Position numbers and translations under genes: made by a program. From contig OZ242260.1 of NCBI GenBank assembly GCA_965207065.1, positions 2,784,001-2,848,000 of the forward strand: a DNA stretch of 64,000 nt. The letters run 5' to 3'. Below the pieces are notes generated by a model that was not told where the DNA came from, ran no database searches, and saw nothing but the letters and a program-made list of their open reading frames with translations. This DNA comes from a bacterium (GTDB lineage: Bacteria; UBA8248). Positions 10,069-20,417 of this stretch are shown here, piece by piece (position 1 is the first letter of the stretch; each line of letters begins with the position of its first letter).

Positions 10069-10095
10069 GTGGGAGAATATGGGGTGAAGTGGGAG
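10069..10095 (+). promoter_or_regulatory. MraZ operator (three TGGG repeats)
   Basis: TGGG at 10070, 10080 and 10090, exact 10-bp period, between promoter and mraZ start. Confidence 0.85.
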
Positions 10096-10106
10096 ATGCA
10101 GGCAGG

Positions 10107-10556
10107 ATGCTTATCAGTTCCCATCCGGTATCAGTCGATGCAAAAGGCCGCGTCAGCATTCCGGCCCGATTCAGGGAATTCCTGAGCGCCAAGTACGGCG
10201 ACCAGGTCGTTCTTCTCGGCAAGGACGGCTGCATTTTCGCGTATCCCGTGGAAGAGTGGAAGCGCAGGTTCAGCGAGAAACTCAGTGAGCTATCGACATC
10301 CACCAAAGAAGTTCGCCGCACTCTCAGAAGACTTTATGGCCGCGCCGAATCGTGCGAGTTCGACCGGCAGGGCAGGATACTGTTGCCCGCCAAGCTGCGC
10401 GTGAGTTCTTCCATCGAGAAAGAAGCCGTTATCGTGGGAATCGAGAACAAGCTCGAGATTTGGGACAAGGGAAGATGGGATAAGGAAATGGGCGATATGG
10501 ACGATGGGGTCGCCGATGAACTTCCAGATGAGGATTTGATCGAATTCGAATTCTGA
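10107..10556 (+). CDS. mraZ: Transcriptional regulator MraZ
   Basis: VDAKGRVSIPARFR and FDRQGRILLP repeats, LEIWD; start at ATG 10107. Confidence 0.96.
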   Translation: MLISSHPVSVDAKGRVSIPARFREFLSAKYGDQVVLLGKDGCIFAYPVEEWKRRFSEKLSELSTSTKEVRRTLRRLYGRAESCEFDRQGRILLPAKLRVSSSIEKEAVIVGIENKLEIWDKGRWDKEMGDMDDGVADELPDEDLIEFEF

Positions 10557-10655
10557 TGCGGGCTCATAGGGGGAGCGGGGGTGTTTGCCGCACTGGAAAA
10601 ACCAATTTCAAACAAATATGTCGCAGAGAACGACTTTTGCGGTGAGAACTTGGAC

Positions 10656-11585
10656 ATGACGGCATCTCACGTCCCGGTCATGGTTCAGGAGGTCTTGGAC
10701 TTCCTGGCGCCATCTCCGGGCGCTGTGTTCTTAGATACTACCTTGGGCGGAGGGGAACACAGCGGCGCGGTTTTGGATGCGGTTCAGCCATCGGGTGTGC
10801 TGATCGGCTGTGACCGGGACCGGGATGCTGTCGAAATCTGCAGGAAGCGGCTGTCGAACTACGGGTCCGCCGCCAGAATTCATCATGCGCATCATGGCGA
10901 AATGAAGCGCATCGTGAGAGCCGAGGGGTATGAGTCGGTCGACGGCGTTTTGTTCGACCTCGGCCTTTCCTCGATGCAGCTCGACACGCCCGGCCGCGGG
11001 TTCCGCATGAACGCGCCCGAGCCGCTGGACATGCGAATGGACCAGACGCAGGGGCCGACCGCGGCCGACTTGCTCGAGCAATTGCCGGAAGAAGAACTCG
11101 CCGATCTCATCTATCAATACGGGGAAGAACGTCACTCCCGCGCCATCGCGCGCGCCATCGGACGGGCGCGCGCGGGTGCGGGTGGAGGCGTGAAGCGTTG
11201 CGATGAGCTCGCATCGCTCATCGCCTCGGTCGCGGCCAGGAGGAGCGGCCGCCGCGGGAGGAGTTGGCGCATTCACCCCGCGACCCGGACGTTCCAGGCG
11301 CTGCGGATCGCAGTGAATCGTGAGTTGGAGACGCTCGAGGATTCCCTGCGCGATGCGGTGGACCTGCTGCGCCCGGGCGGGCGAATCGTCGTCATCAGCT
11401 TTCATTCGCTGGAAGACCGAATCGTCAAGTATCTCTTTCGTGAACTCTCCGGTGGTGAGGAGCCGACCCTCGAAGTCCTGACGCGCAAGGTTGTTCGACC
11501 CGATGAGTCGGAAGTGAGGGAAAACCCGCGCAGCCGCAGCGCGAAATTGCGTGCGGCCCGGCGCCTCGGAGAGCTTGGAGCATGA
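10656..11585 (+). CDS. rsmH: 16S rRNA m4C1402 methyltransferase
   Basis: HVPVM, DLGLSSMQLD, LDMRMD, HPATRTFQALRIAVN, ISFHSLEDRIVK, NPRSRSAKLR. Confidence 0.97.
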   Translation: MTASHVPVMVQEVLDFLAPSPGAVFLDTTLGGGEHSGAVLDAVQPSGVLIGCDRDRDAVEICRKRLSNYGSAARIHHAHHGEMKRIVRAEGYESVDGVLFDLGLSSMQLDTPGRGFRMNAPEPLDMRMDQTQGPTAADLLEQLPEEELADLIYQYGEERHSRAIARAIGRARAGAGGGVKRCDELASLIASVAARRSGRRGRSWRIHPATRTFQALRIAVNRELETLEDSLRDAVDLLRPGGRIVVISFHSLEDRIVKYLFRELSGGEEPTLEVLTRKVVRPDESEVRENPRSRSAKLRAARRLGELGA

Positions 11586-11944
11586 GACGCTCGAAAACCC
11601 GCAGCGGATGGCGAGAGAGAATCGGGGCGCGTTTTTTCGGCAAGGCGTCAACCGGTTCACGCGTTTCGCTGCTAAAGGCGGGTCTGTGCATTACTTTCAT
11701 CGCATGCAGCGCCGCCGCTTTGGTGTGGCCGCACCTGGAGATGGTGAAGATCGGGTATCGCTTGGCGCACCTGGAGCGTCAAAGGGGGAAGCTCTTGCAG
11801 GATAGGCGCGTTCTGCGAATAGAAGTGGCCGCGCTTCGGCAGTTGGATCGCATCGAGTCGATTGCGCGAAAAAAACTGGAAATGGTTTTTCCAGAACCCG
11901 GCCAAATAGTGTATGTAAAAGTAGGGCCTAGAAGTGTAGAGTAA
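11582..11944 (+). CDS. ftsL: Cell division protein FtsL
   Basis: Single TM plus coiled coil ending RIESIARKKLEMVFP; between rsmH and ftsI. Confidence 0.85.
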   Translation: MRRSKTRSGWRERIGARFFGKASTGSRVSLLKAGLCITFIACSAAALVWPHLEMVKIGYRLAHLERQRGKLLQDRRVLRIEVAALRQLDRIESIARKKLEMVFPEPGQIVYVKVGPRSVE

Positions 11945-11983
11945 CACCATACCTTCTTCCTCCCGCCCATAGCAGGTTGGCCC

Positions 11984-13837
11984 ATGAAGCAGGGCTTTTC
12001 TCGTCGCTTGATAATTTGCGGCTCATTGGTAGCGTTTGGATTTTGCATGTTGGGCGTCAAGCTCTTCATCATCCAGATCCGCGATCGTGACCACCTCGTA
12101 GCCTATGCGGAGCGCCAGTTGCGCCGTACGCTCGTAGTGCGTCCCAGGCGTGGAGACGTCGTGGACACAAGGGGCCGGCCTCTGGCGGTGAGCATCAATG
12201 CGCCCTCTCTTTTCGCCAACGCCAGGGTGGTGGCCGATCCCAGGAACACTTCGCTGGCGCTCAAGGAAATTCTGGGCGGCTCGGCGGAAGATTATTTTGA
12301 AAAATTGAATGGCCGCCGAAGCTATGTCTGGCTCAAGCGGAAGATCAATCCCGATCAGCAGGGAAAAATTGAAAAATTGGGGATCGACGGCCTGGGCTTT
12401 GTAAACGAAAGCAGGCGTTTTTATCCCAAGCGTGAACTCGCATCGTCTCTGGTCGGCTTCGTCGGCGTTGATGATGCGGGCATGTACGGCGTAGAGCAAT
12501 CCTATCAGGAGTACATGGGCGGTCGTGAAGGGCGCATTCGCATCCAGCGCGACGCGAAGGGCAGGTCGGTTCATCCCGAATCAAGGGTTCTCGTAGCTCC
12601 GCGACCGGGTGCGGACGTTCGCCTCACCATCGATGAGGTGCTTCAGTACATCGTCGAAAAAGAGCTGAGCGCCCAGGTCCGCCGCGTGGGCGCGCGGCGC
12701 GCCATCGGGGTGATGGTCGAGCCCCGCAGCGGCAGAATTCTGGCTCTGGCGTCCGTGCCGGGTTTTAATCCCAATACATATAAACATTACGGCGCATCCC
12801 TTTGGAAAGAGCCCGCCATCCAGGAGTTCTACGAGCCCGGCTCGACGTTCAAGATTGTCACGGCGGCGGCCTATCTGGACGCAGGCGAGGCGCTCTCGAA
12901 AAAATATTTTGCCGAAAACGGTTCCTACCGGTTTGGAGGGGGGCGTTACACCCTCCGCGATCACAAGAAATACGGCTGGCTCACCGCCGAAGAGGTGATC
13001 ATGAAATCATCGAACATCGGCGCTTTCAAGATGGCGAGGGATATCGGCAAACACCAGCTCTATTTCATGGCGCACCGGTTCGGTTTTGGACGCAAGACGG
13101 GGATCAGTTTTCCCGGGGAAGCCCGGGGCGTACTCCGTGCGCCCAGGAAATGGTCGAAAACCTCGTTGGCGGCGGTAGCCATCGGCCAGGAGGTAGGCGT
13201 CACCCCGCTTCAGATGGTGATGGCCGTGGCTGCGGTAGCGAATGGCGGCCTGATGCCCAGGCCCATTCTTCATGAATCCATCGAACGCGACGGCAAGAGA
13301 ACGCTCCCGACCCGAAGGCCGGAGTACAGGCACGTCCTCTCTCGCCCTGTTGCGGATCGTCTGGGCGCTTTGATGAGAAAGGTCGTGGCCGAGGGTACGG
13401 GGAGGAAGGCTGAAATTCCAGGCTATGGAGCCGCGGGGAAAACGGGCACGGCGCAGAAGGTTCTCCCGGGCCAAAGGGGTTACAACAGATCGAAATTCAT
13501 TATGTCGTTCGTGGGTTTCGCTCCCTACGAAAACCCCCGTTTCGCCCTGATCGTCATTTTCGATGAGGGAAAAGCGCCCGGAGGCGCATGGGGGGGGACT
13601 GTTGCGGCGCCGGTTTGGCGGCGTATCGCCTGGCAGGCGCTGCGCTACATGCGTGTGCCCCCGAAGGGAGCCAGGGTCCTGCAGGTGGCGGATTCGCGTC
13701 CCCGGGTCCGCGTTCGCGCCAACCTGGAGAACGGGAATCAAACGATGGGCGAGAAGATTCTGGATGCTGCAATACAGGTGCGCCGATATCTGCATGGCGA
13801 TCGCGGGCAGTCGGCTTCATGGGATGCGGTGCGTTGA
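11984..13837 (+). CDS. ftsI: Septal class B penicillin-binding protein
   Basis: RGDVVDTRG, RFYP, EPGSTFK (SxxK), SSN (SxN), KTGT. Confidence 0.93.
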   Translation: MKQGFSRRLIICGSLVAFGFCMLGVKLFIIQIRDRDHLVAYAERQLRRTLVVRPRRGDVVDTRGRPLAVSINAPSLFANARVVADPRNTSLALKEILGGSAEDYFEKLNGRRSYVWLKRKINPDQQGKIEKLGIDGLGFVNESRRFYPKRELASSLVGFVGVDDAGMYGVEQSYQEYMGGREGRIRIQRDAKGRSVHPESRVLVAPRPGADVRLTIDEVLQYIVEKELSAQVRRVGARRAIGVMVEPRSGRILALASVPGFNPNTYKHYGASLWKEPAIQEFYEPGSTFKIVTAAAYLDAGEALSKKYFAENGSYRFGGGRYTLRDHKKYGWLTAEEVIMKSSNIGAFKMARDIGKHQLYFMAHRFGFGRKTGISFPGEARGVLRAPRKWSKTSLAAVAIGQEVGVTPLQMVMAVAAVANGGLMPRPILHESIERDGKRTLPTRRPEYRHVLSRPVADRLGALMRKVVAEGTGRKAEIPGYGAAGKTGTAQKVLPGQRGYNRSKFIMSFVGFAPYENPRFALIVIFDEGKAPGGAWGGTVAAPVWRRIAWQALRYMRVPPKGARVLQVADSRPRVRVRANLENGNQTMGEKILDAAIQVRRYLHGDRGQSASWDAVR

Positions 13838-13851
13838 ACGGAGCAGTGGTC

Positions 13852-15342
13852 GTGAGTGAGAAAAACGCCTCATTCGAGGAATTGACGCAGGCCGTAACCG
13901 GCGCGAAGGCCGGCGGAGATTTTTCCGCCCGAATCACCGGCGTGGCCTACGACTCGCGCCTCGTGCAGGCGGGGGACGTCTTCGTTGCGGTCGCTGGTTT
14001 TCAGGCCGACGGGCACGATTTCGCCAAAGACGCGCTCGCCCGGGGCGCTGTCGCCCTCGTCGTGGAGAGAAAAATCGAGGGTGTTTCCCCCGGGGTGCCT
14101 CAATTCGTCGCGCGTTCCGGTCGCGAGGCTTTGTCCCGCATCGGCGACGCGTTCCATGGGCATCCCTCGGGAGAATTGGCGCTCATCGGCGTCACGGGCA
14201 CGAACGGAAAGACGACCACGGCGTTTCTCATCGACGCGATTCTCCGCTCCTCGGGCAGGCGCACCGGATTGATGGGAACGATTCATTACCGCGTGGGTGA
14301 TGAAGTGTTCGAGGAACCGCGGACGACCTCGGAAGGCCCCGACCTTCAGCGGTATCTGCGCCGCATGGCGAACGCCGGCGCTTCCCATGCCGTGATGGAA
14401 GTGTCGAGCCACGGACTTGCCCTGGGCAGGCTGATCGGCTGTGAATTTCAAGCGGCGGTATTCACGAATCTTACCCAGGACCATCTCGATTTTCATGGCG
14501 ACATGGAGTCTTACTTTCAGGCGAAATCAAGGCTGTTCGAAGAGTTTGCGCCCGCAAACTCCATCGTCAACGCCGATGACGCCTACGGAAGAAAAATCGC
14601 GGCGGAGGCGAGGGGAGAAGTCTGGACGTACGCCCTGGACGCCGGGGCGGACCTTGGCGTCGAGAGCCTTTCGAGTTCCCCTGCGGGCATGAGTTTCCAG
14701 ATGCTCACGCCGGCCGGAGGGGTGGGGGTCGAAACGGCGCTCATCGGCAGCCATAACCTGAGCAACATCCTGGCCGCATCGGCGGCGTGCCTCTCGCAAG
14801 GCTTGACGCCCGAAGAAGTGGCGGCGGGGGTCGCATCTCTGGAAAACATACCCGGGCGCTTTGAAAAGGTCGATATGGGGCAACCTTTTCTGGTGGTGGT
14901 GGATTACGCGCACACCGAAGATGCTCTCGCCCGCGTGCTGGAGTTCGCCCGGCCCATCACCGAGGGAAGAGTTCTCACCCTCATGGGATGCGGGGGCGAC
15001 AGGGACAGGGAAAAGCGTCCCCTCATGGCCGCCGCCGCCCTGCGTGCGAGCGACTACGTGGTGATGACGTCCGACAATCCGCGCACGGAAGACCCTGCGT
15101 CTATTCTGAGAGAAGTCGAATCCGGCGCCGCTCTCGTGCCTGGGAGCGATGGGCGCCGGCGCAGCATTCTGGACAGGCGCGAGGCGATTCGCGCCATCGT
15201 CGCAGAAGCGCGCGAAGGTGACGCCGTGGTCATCGCGGGCAAGGGGCACGAGACGTATCAGATTCTGGGAACCGAGCGTACTGCGTTCGACGATCGCGAA
15301 GAGGCCCGCACGGCGCTGCGCCTCGCGGGATACGAGAAATGA
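13852..15342 (+). CDS. murE: UDP-MurNAc-tripeptide synthetase (meso-DAP type)
   Basis: GVTGTNGKTT, MEVSSH, NLTQDHLDFH, DYAHT, GCGGDRD, DNPR, GKGHE; GTG start estimated. Confidence 0.95.
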   Translation: MSEKNASFEELTQAVTGAKAGGDFSARITGVAYDSRLVQAGDVFVAVAGFQADGHDFAKDALARGAVALVVERKIEGVSPGVPQFVARSGREALSRIGDAFHGHPSGELALIGVTGTNGKTTTAFLIDAILRSSGRRTGLMGTIHYRVGDEVFEEPRTTSEGPDLQRYLRRMANAGASHAVMEVSSHGLALGRLIGCEFQAAVFTNLTQDHLDFHGDMESYFQAKSRLFEEFAPANSIVNADDAYGRKIAAEARGEVWTYALDAGADLGVESLSSSPAGMSFQMLTPAGGVGVETALIGSHNLSNILAASAACLSQGLTPEEVAAGVASLENIPGRFEKVDMGQPFLVVVDYAHTEDALARVLEFARPITEGRVLTLMGCGGDRDREKRPLMAAAALRASDYVVMTSDNPRTEDPASILREVESGAALVPGSDGRRRSILDRREAIRAIVAEAREGDAVVIAGKGHETYQILGTERTAFDDREEARTALRLAGYEK

Positions 15343-16754
15343 TAGGGGCGGAATCGATGGCGGCTGTATTCAGCGCGAATGAAATTACGGCGGCTGTGAA
15401 GGGGCGTCTCCTTCGAGGAGACGGCTCGGCCCAGTCCGCAGGTGCGAGCACGGATACGCGCACGCTCGAAGCGGGCGAGCTCTTCATCGCGCTCAAGGGC
15501 CCCAACTTCGATGGAGCGGATTTCCTGGCCCAGGCGATGGAGAAAAAAGCGGCCGGTCTCGTCGTGGAGAAAGGCGCGGACGTTCCCGGTGGAGGTGCGA
15601 GTTTCGTCGTCGAGGTAGCGGACACGCTGCAGGCCCTGGGCGATCTGGCGCACGCCCACCGGAGCCGCTTCGAGATTCCCGTGGCGGGAGTAACGGGCAG
15701 CAACGGAAAGACGACGACGAAGGAGATGATAGCAGCCGTACTCTCCGCCAGAGGCGAGACGTGCAAGAGCGAGGGGAACCTGAACAACCTGGTGGGTCTC
15801 CCCCATCAGGTGCTCCGCCTGGGAGAGGAGCACGAAAACGCCGTCTTCGAGATGGGGATGAGCGAGCCCGGTGAAATCAGAAGGCTCGCCGAAATCGCCC
15901 GGCCGCAAGCCGCCGTCATCACGAACGTCGGGCCTGCGCACATCGAGGGTCTCGGCAGCGTGGAGGCGGTGCGCGATGCGAAGGGCGAGATTCTGGAAAC
16001 GATACCCCCGGGCGGCGTTGCCGTGCTCTCGAACGAGGATCCCCACAGCCGCGTCCTGGCCGGGAGGCACGAGGCAACGGGTGGACGGGTGATTCGCTTC
16101 GGTTTTTCGCCGCAAAGCGACTTCTGGGCGGATGAGATTCGCATCGACCCCGAGGGCGCGCACTTTGCGCTCCGCGGCCCCGATGGCGAGAGCGAGGTTC
16201 GGCTCCAGGCGCTGGGTCGTCATAACGTATTGAACGCTTTGGCCGCCGCGGCTTGCGCATCAGCCATGGACGTCGGCCTGGACGAAGTGGCCGACGGGCT
16301 GTCGCGGGCTGTTCTTCCGAAGATGCGGTTGCAGGCGCGCGAGATACCCGGACGCGGTGGCGTTCATCTGCTGGATGATTCCTACAACGCGAATCCTGCC
16401 TCCGTTTCCCAGGCGCTGGAGACCGCAAGCGCTCTCAGGGGCGATGGGCGGCTCATATCGGTTCTCGGAGATATGGCGGAACTGGGGCTGACAGCCGAGA
16501 GCGCTCACCGCGAGGTAGGCCGAAAAGTGGTTTCTTGCGGTGTGGACCTGTTCGTGGGCGTGGGGCCGCTGATGAGGTTCGCATCCGATGGCGCGCGCCG
16601 GGCAGGCATGGATGGCGCCCGTATCATGAATTTCGACTCGCCGGAGCAGGCCGCAGCCTCGCTGGGCGCAATGCTCCTCTCCGGCGATTGGGTATTGGTG
16701 AAGGGATCGCGTTCGATGAGGATGGAGCGCGTCATTGAAGGACTCGAAATCTGA
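15339..16754 (+). CDS. murF: UDP-MurNAc-pentapeptide synthetase
   Basis: TGSNGKTTTKE, NLNN.VGLP, EMGMS, DSYNANP, LGDMAELG, KGSRSM. Confidence 0.96.
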   Translation: MIGAESMAAVFSANEITAAVKGRLLRGDGSAQSAGASTDTRTLEAGELFIALKGPNFDGADFLAQAMEKKAAGLVVEKGADVPGGGASFVVEVADTLQALGDLAHAHRSRFEIPVAGVTGSNGKTTTKEMIAAVLSARGETCKSEGNLNNLVGLPHQVLRLGEEHENAVFEMGMSEPGEIRRLAEIARPQAAVITNVGPAHIEGLGSVEAVRDAKGEILETIPPGGVAVLSNEDPHSRVLAGRHEATGGRVIRFGFSPQSDFWADEIRIDPEGAHFALRGPDGESEVRLQALGRHNVLNALAAAACASAMDVGLDEVADGLSRAVLPKMRLQAREIPGRGGVHLLDDSYNANPASVSQALETASALRGDGRLISVLGDMAELGLTAESAHREVGRKVVSCGVDLFVGVGPLMRFASDGARRAGMDGARIMNFDSPEQAAASLGAMLLSGDWVLVKGSRSMRMERVIEGLEI

Positions 16755-17839
16755 TGCTCTATTCTGCATTCATCTCTATGAGTGAGGCGTTCTCGGCGCT
16801 CAACGTGTTTCGCTTCATCACGTTCAGGACGGCGATGGCGGTGCTCACAGCCCTCGTCATGTCGCTGTTGCTGGGGCCGCGCCTCATTCGATATCTCCAG
16901 GAGCGTCAAATCGGCGAGGTCATCCGCGACGATGGGCCTCAGACCCACATGGCGAAAAAGGGAACGCCGACGATGGGGGGGCTTCTCATCCTCTTGTGCG
17001 TGGCGGCGCCGGTTCTGCTGTGGAACGACCTCGCAAACGGCTATATCTGGCTCGCCCTCTTCGTTCTGGTCGCCTTCGGCCTTCTGGGTTTCTGGGATGA
17101 CTACACGAAAGTGGTGCGCAAGGACAAAAACGGCTTGAGACCCGCTAAGAAGTTTATTGCCCAGGGAATCATCGGCCTCATCGTGGGGTACGCCCTTTAT
17201 AGCGGTTTGGTGGGAGCGGATTTCAAAACCGTCGTCATGTTTCCTTTTTTCAAGAACGTACAGCCCGATATCGGGATCTGGTTCGTGCCATACGCCGCCC
17301 TCGTCATCGTTTCGACGAGCAACGCCGTGAATCTCACGGACGGCCTGGATGGCCTCGCCATCGGCCCGCTGCTGATTGCGGCAGGGGCCTACCTCGTTTT
17401 CAGCTATGTCTCGGGGCATGCGGGCATCTCGAAGTATCTGCTCATTCTCCACGTTCGGGGCGCGGGAGAACTGGCCATCGTCTGCGCCGCGATGTTCGGC
17501 GCGGGGCTTGGATTCTTGTGGTTCAACGCATACCCGGCGCAGGTGTTCATGGGCGACGTCGGCGCGCTTTCGCTGGGCGCGCTGCTGGCCACGGTGGCGC
17601 TGGCGATCAAGCAGGAACTCCTCTTGTTCATGGTGGGCGGGTTGTTCGTCATCGAGACGCTCTCGGTCATCGTGCAGGTAATTTCCTTCAAGCTGACCGG
17701 CCGGCGCGTGTTTCGCATGGCGCCGCTGCATCACCACTACGAGGAGGAGGGTTGGTCCGAACCCAAGGTGACGGTCCGCTTCTGGATAGTGGCGGTCGTA
17801 CTGGCTCTCATGAGTTTGGCGACGCTGAAGCTGAGATGA
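16754..17839 (+). CDS. mraY: Phospho-N-acetylmuramoyl-pentapeptide transferase
   Basis: KKGTPTMGG, NAVNLTDGLDGLA, VFMGDVG, MAPLHHHYE. Confidence 0.98.
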   Translation: MLYSAFISMSEAFSALNVFRFITFRTAMAVLTALVMSLLLGPRLIRYLQERQIGEVIRDDGPQTHMAKKGTPTMGGLLILLCVAAPVLLWNDLANGYIWLALFVLVAFGLLGFWDDYTKVVRKDKNGLRPAKKFIAQGIIGLIVGYALYSGLVGADFKTVVMFPFFKNVQPDIGIWFVPYAALVIVSTSNAVNLTDGLDGLAIGPLLIAAGAYLVFSYVSGHAGISKYLLILHVRGAGELAIVCAAMFGAGLGFLWFNAYPAQVFMGDVGALSLGALLATVALAIKQELLLFMVGGLFVIETLSVIVQVISFKLTGRRVFRMAPLHHHYEEEGWSEPKVTVRFWIVAVVLALMSLATLKLR

Positions 17840-19233
17840 GGAATCTTGTTTTGGAAAACAAGGCCAAGGCGTGGATAGAAGCGCTGCCTGCACGGCGATC
17901 GCTCGTCATGGGAATGGCGAGGAGCGGGATTGCCGCGGCGGGAGCGCTGGCGCGCCTGGGTGCGAAGGTCGTGGCCACGGATCTGGAGGAGATCCCGGGT
18001 TTGGATGAACGACTGCCCTCGGGCGTGGCTCTCGAACTCGGAGGCCATAGCGAGGCGCATTTCAAGGAGTGCGACCTGCTCGTGGTGAGTCCGGGGGTTC
18101 CCGCGACGAATCGCTACATCGCCCTTGCCATGGCGTCGGGAGCCGAGGTGATCAGCGAGGTGGAATTGGCCTGTCGGCTTTGCGCCGCACCCATCGCCGC
18201 CGTTACCGGAACGAACGGGAAGACGACGGTCACCACGATGCTGGGGCGGATTCTGGAGGAAAGCGGTTTTCGCGCGCCGGTGGGCGGGAACATCGGGAGA
18301 GCGCTCGTCGAGGTGGTCGAAGCCGAGGGAGACGAGGCGGATATCATCGTCGGCGAGGTGAGCAGCTTTCAACTCGAATGGGCGCCCACGATCAAGCCGA
18401 AAGTCGGCGTGATGACGAACGTGACGCCCGACCATCTGGACAGGCACCCGGATATCGATGAGTACGCAGCCCTCAAGGCGAGGCTGTTCGCCAACCAGGG
18501 GGAGGGGGACGCCAAGGTTCTGAACGCTGATGATGCCCTTACAGCGCGCTACATGACCCCCGGCCCGCAGAGCGTCCTGGCGTTCAGCCGCAAAGACCGG
18601 GTGCGCCGGGGCGCTTATGTCGAGAGCGGAGATGTGTATTTGGACGGTGAGACGGGTTCTTACCGTGTTTGCGGCGCGGACGAGCTTCTGGTTCCCGGCC
18701 TCCATAACCTCGAGAATTTTCTGGCGGCGTGCGCGGCGGCGCATTTTCTGGGCGCGGACGTGGATGCGATGGCGCGCGTGGCGCGCAGTTTCGAGGGCCT
18801 GCCTCACCGCATGGAGGTTGTCGGCGAGGCAGGCGGCGTTCGCTGGGTGAACGATTCGAAAGGGACGAACGTGGGCGCCACGGCGATGAGCCTGGAGAGC
18901 GTGGCGGGCGACGTGCTCCTCATCGCGGGGGGCGTGGACAAGGGGAGCGACCTCGCGCCCTTGCGCGCCTGGGTGGAGAAGAAAGTCCGGCGCATGATTC
19001 TCATCGGAGAGGCGGCGGAGCGCTTTGGCCGGTTTTTCGATGAGTACGCGCCGATCGCCTACGCGAATACGCTGGATGAAGCCGTGCGCATCGCGAGTGA
19101 GGAGGCGCGGGAGGGCGATACGGTTCTTCTCTCGCCCGCTTGTTCGAGTTTCGATCAGTTTCACGATTACGCCCACCGGGGCGACGCGTTCCGCCGGATG
19201 GCGCAGGAACTGACGGGGAGGGACGTGAATTGA
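17836..19233 (+). CDS. murD: UDP-MurNAc-L-Ala-D-Glu ligase
   Basis: GMARSG, TGTNGKTT, EVSSFQL, PDHLDRH, NDSKGTN, LSPACSSFDQF; ATG 17836 overlaps mraY stop. Confidence 0.96.
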   Translation: MRNLVLENKAKAWIEALPARRSLVMGMARSGIAAAGALARLGAKVVATDLEEIPGLDERLPSGVALELGGHSEAHFKECDLLVVSPGVPATNRYIALAMASGAEVISEVELACRLCAAPIAAVTGTNGKTTVTTMLGRILEESGFRAPVGGNIGRALVEVVEAEGDEADIIVGEVSSFQLEWAPTIKPKVGVMTNVTPDHLDRHPDIDEYAALKARLFANQGEGDAKVLNADDALTARYMTPGPQSVLAFSRKDRVRRGAYVESGDVYLDGETGSYRVCGADELLVPGLHNLENFLAACAAAHFLGADVDAMARVARSFEGLPHRMEVVGEAGGVRWVNDSKGTNVGATAMSLESVAGDVLLIAGGVDKGSDLAPLRAWVEKKVRRMILIGEAAERFGRFFDEYAPIAYANTLDEAVRIASEEAREGDTVLLSPACSSFDQFHDYAHRGDAFRRMAQELTGRDVN

Positions 19234-20417
19234 TCCGCAAACGAATCGACCCCGTCATCTTCTTCGTCTCGCTGGGGCTGGTGGCTTTCGGCGTCGTCAT
19301 GGTGTTCAGCGCGAGCCACATTCTGGCGCTGGACAGGTACGGCGATGCGTTCTACTTCGTGAAACGCCATGTTATATGGGCCGTTCTCGGGTTCGCCTGC
19401 ATGCTGGTCATCTCGCAAATGGACCATCAATACCTCCGCAAGATCGCATATCCCTTGCTGATCGCCTCGGTTATCGCGCTATTGCTGGTGTTCGCGCCGG
19501 GCATCGGAAAAGAGGCGGGCGGCGCGCGGCGGTGGCTGATGCTGGGTCCCGTTTCTTTTCAGCCGGCCGAAGCCGCAAAAGTGGGGTTGGTGATTTTTCT
19601 CGCGCACTTTTTGGCGCTCAAGGGCGAGCGCTTGAATCATTGGCTGTTCGGATTTCTGCCGCCGGTCGGATTCGCGGGAATCATTCTGGTTCTCATGCTG
19701 ATCCAGCCGGATCTGGGCACGGCCACTCTGACCGCCGCGGTCGTCGGCGTTATGTTGTATCTGGCGGGCGCGCGGTTGCCCCACCTGGGCGTTTGCGCAT
19801 TGGCGACGGGGTTCGTCCTGGCGGGCATGGTTGTCTTTGCGCCCTGGCGGATGAAGCGGATATTCGCTTTCTGGGATCCGTTCGCCGCGGCGAAAGGCAC
19901 AGGTTATCAACTTATCCAGTCTCTGCTGGCCATCGCGCGAGGCGGACTGCCGGGTCTCGGCCTGGGAGAGGGCAAGCAAAAACTTTTCTATTTGCCCGAA
20001 CCACATACGGATTTCATCTACGCGGTCGTGGGCGAAGAGCTGGGCCTCATCGGCGCTCTGTGCGTCGCGGCGGCGTTTTTGATTTTGCTTTGGCGCGGCT
20101 TCCAGATAGCTGCCCGATGCGAAGATTTCTTCAGCGCCCTGTTGGCGGCGGGCGTGGCATTTCTGGTCACAGCCCAGGGGTTTTTGAACATGGCGGTGGC
20201 GACGGGCCTTCTGCCCACAACGGGTATACCGCTGCCCCTGATCAGTCTGGGCGGGTCGTCTTTGGTGTTAACGCTCATTTCCCTGGGAGTGCTGATTTCC
20301 ATCGAATCGTCGCATCACGCTCCCAGGCAGTCCGCGCCGGGGAGTCCGCTCGATGCGGCAAAGGGGTGGATCTCGCGCACGCGCAAGCCGATCATCCGCA
20401 GGAGGGCGCGCTCATGA
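19230..20417 (+). CDS. ftsW: SEDS peptidoglycan polymerase FtsW
   Basis: GARRW, FQPAE.AK, QPDLGT, GYQLIQSL, LPEPHTDFI, PLISLGGSS; TTG start overlapping murD stop. Confidence 0.95.
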   Translation: MIRKRIDPVIFFVSLGLVAFGVVMVFSASHILALDRYGDAFYFVKRHVIWAVLGFACMLVISQMDHQYLRKIAYPLLIASVIALLLVFAPGIGKEAGGARRWLMLGPVSFQPAEAAKVGLVIFLAHFLALKGERLNHWLFGFLPPVGFAGIILVLMLIQPDLGTATLTAAVVGVMLYLAGARLPHLGVCALATGFVLAGMVVFAPWRMKRIFAFWDPFAAAKGTGYQLIQSLLAIARGGLPGLGLGEGKQKLFYLPEPHTDFIYAVVGEELGLIGALCVAAAFLILLWRGFQIAARCEDFFSALLAAGVAFLVTAQGFLNMAVATGLLPTTGIPLPLISLGGSSLVLTLISLGVLISIESSHHAPRQSAPGSPLDAAKGWISRTRKPIIRRRARS

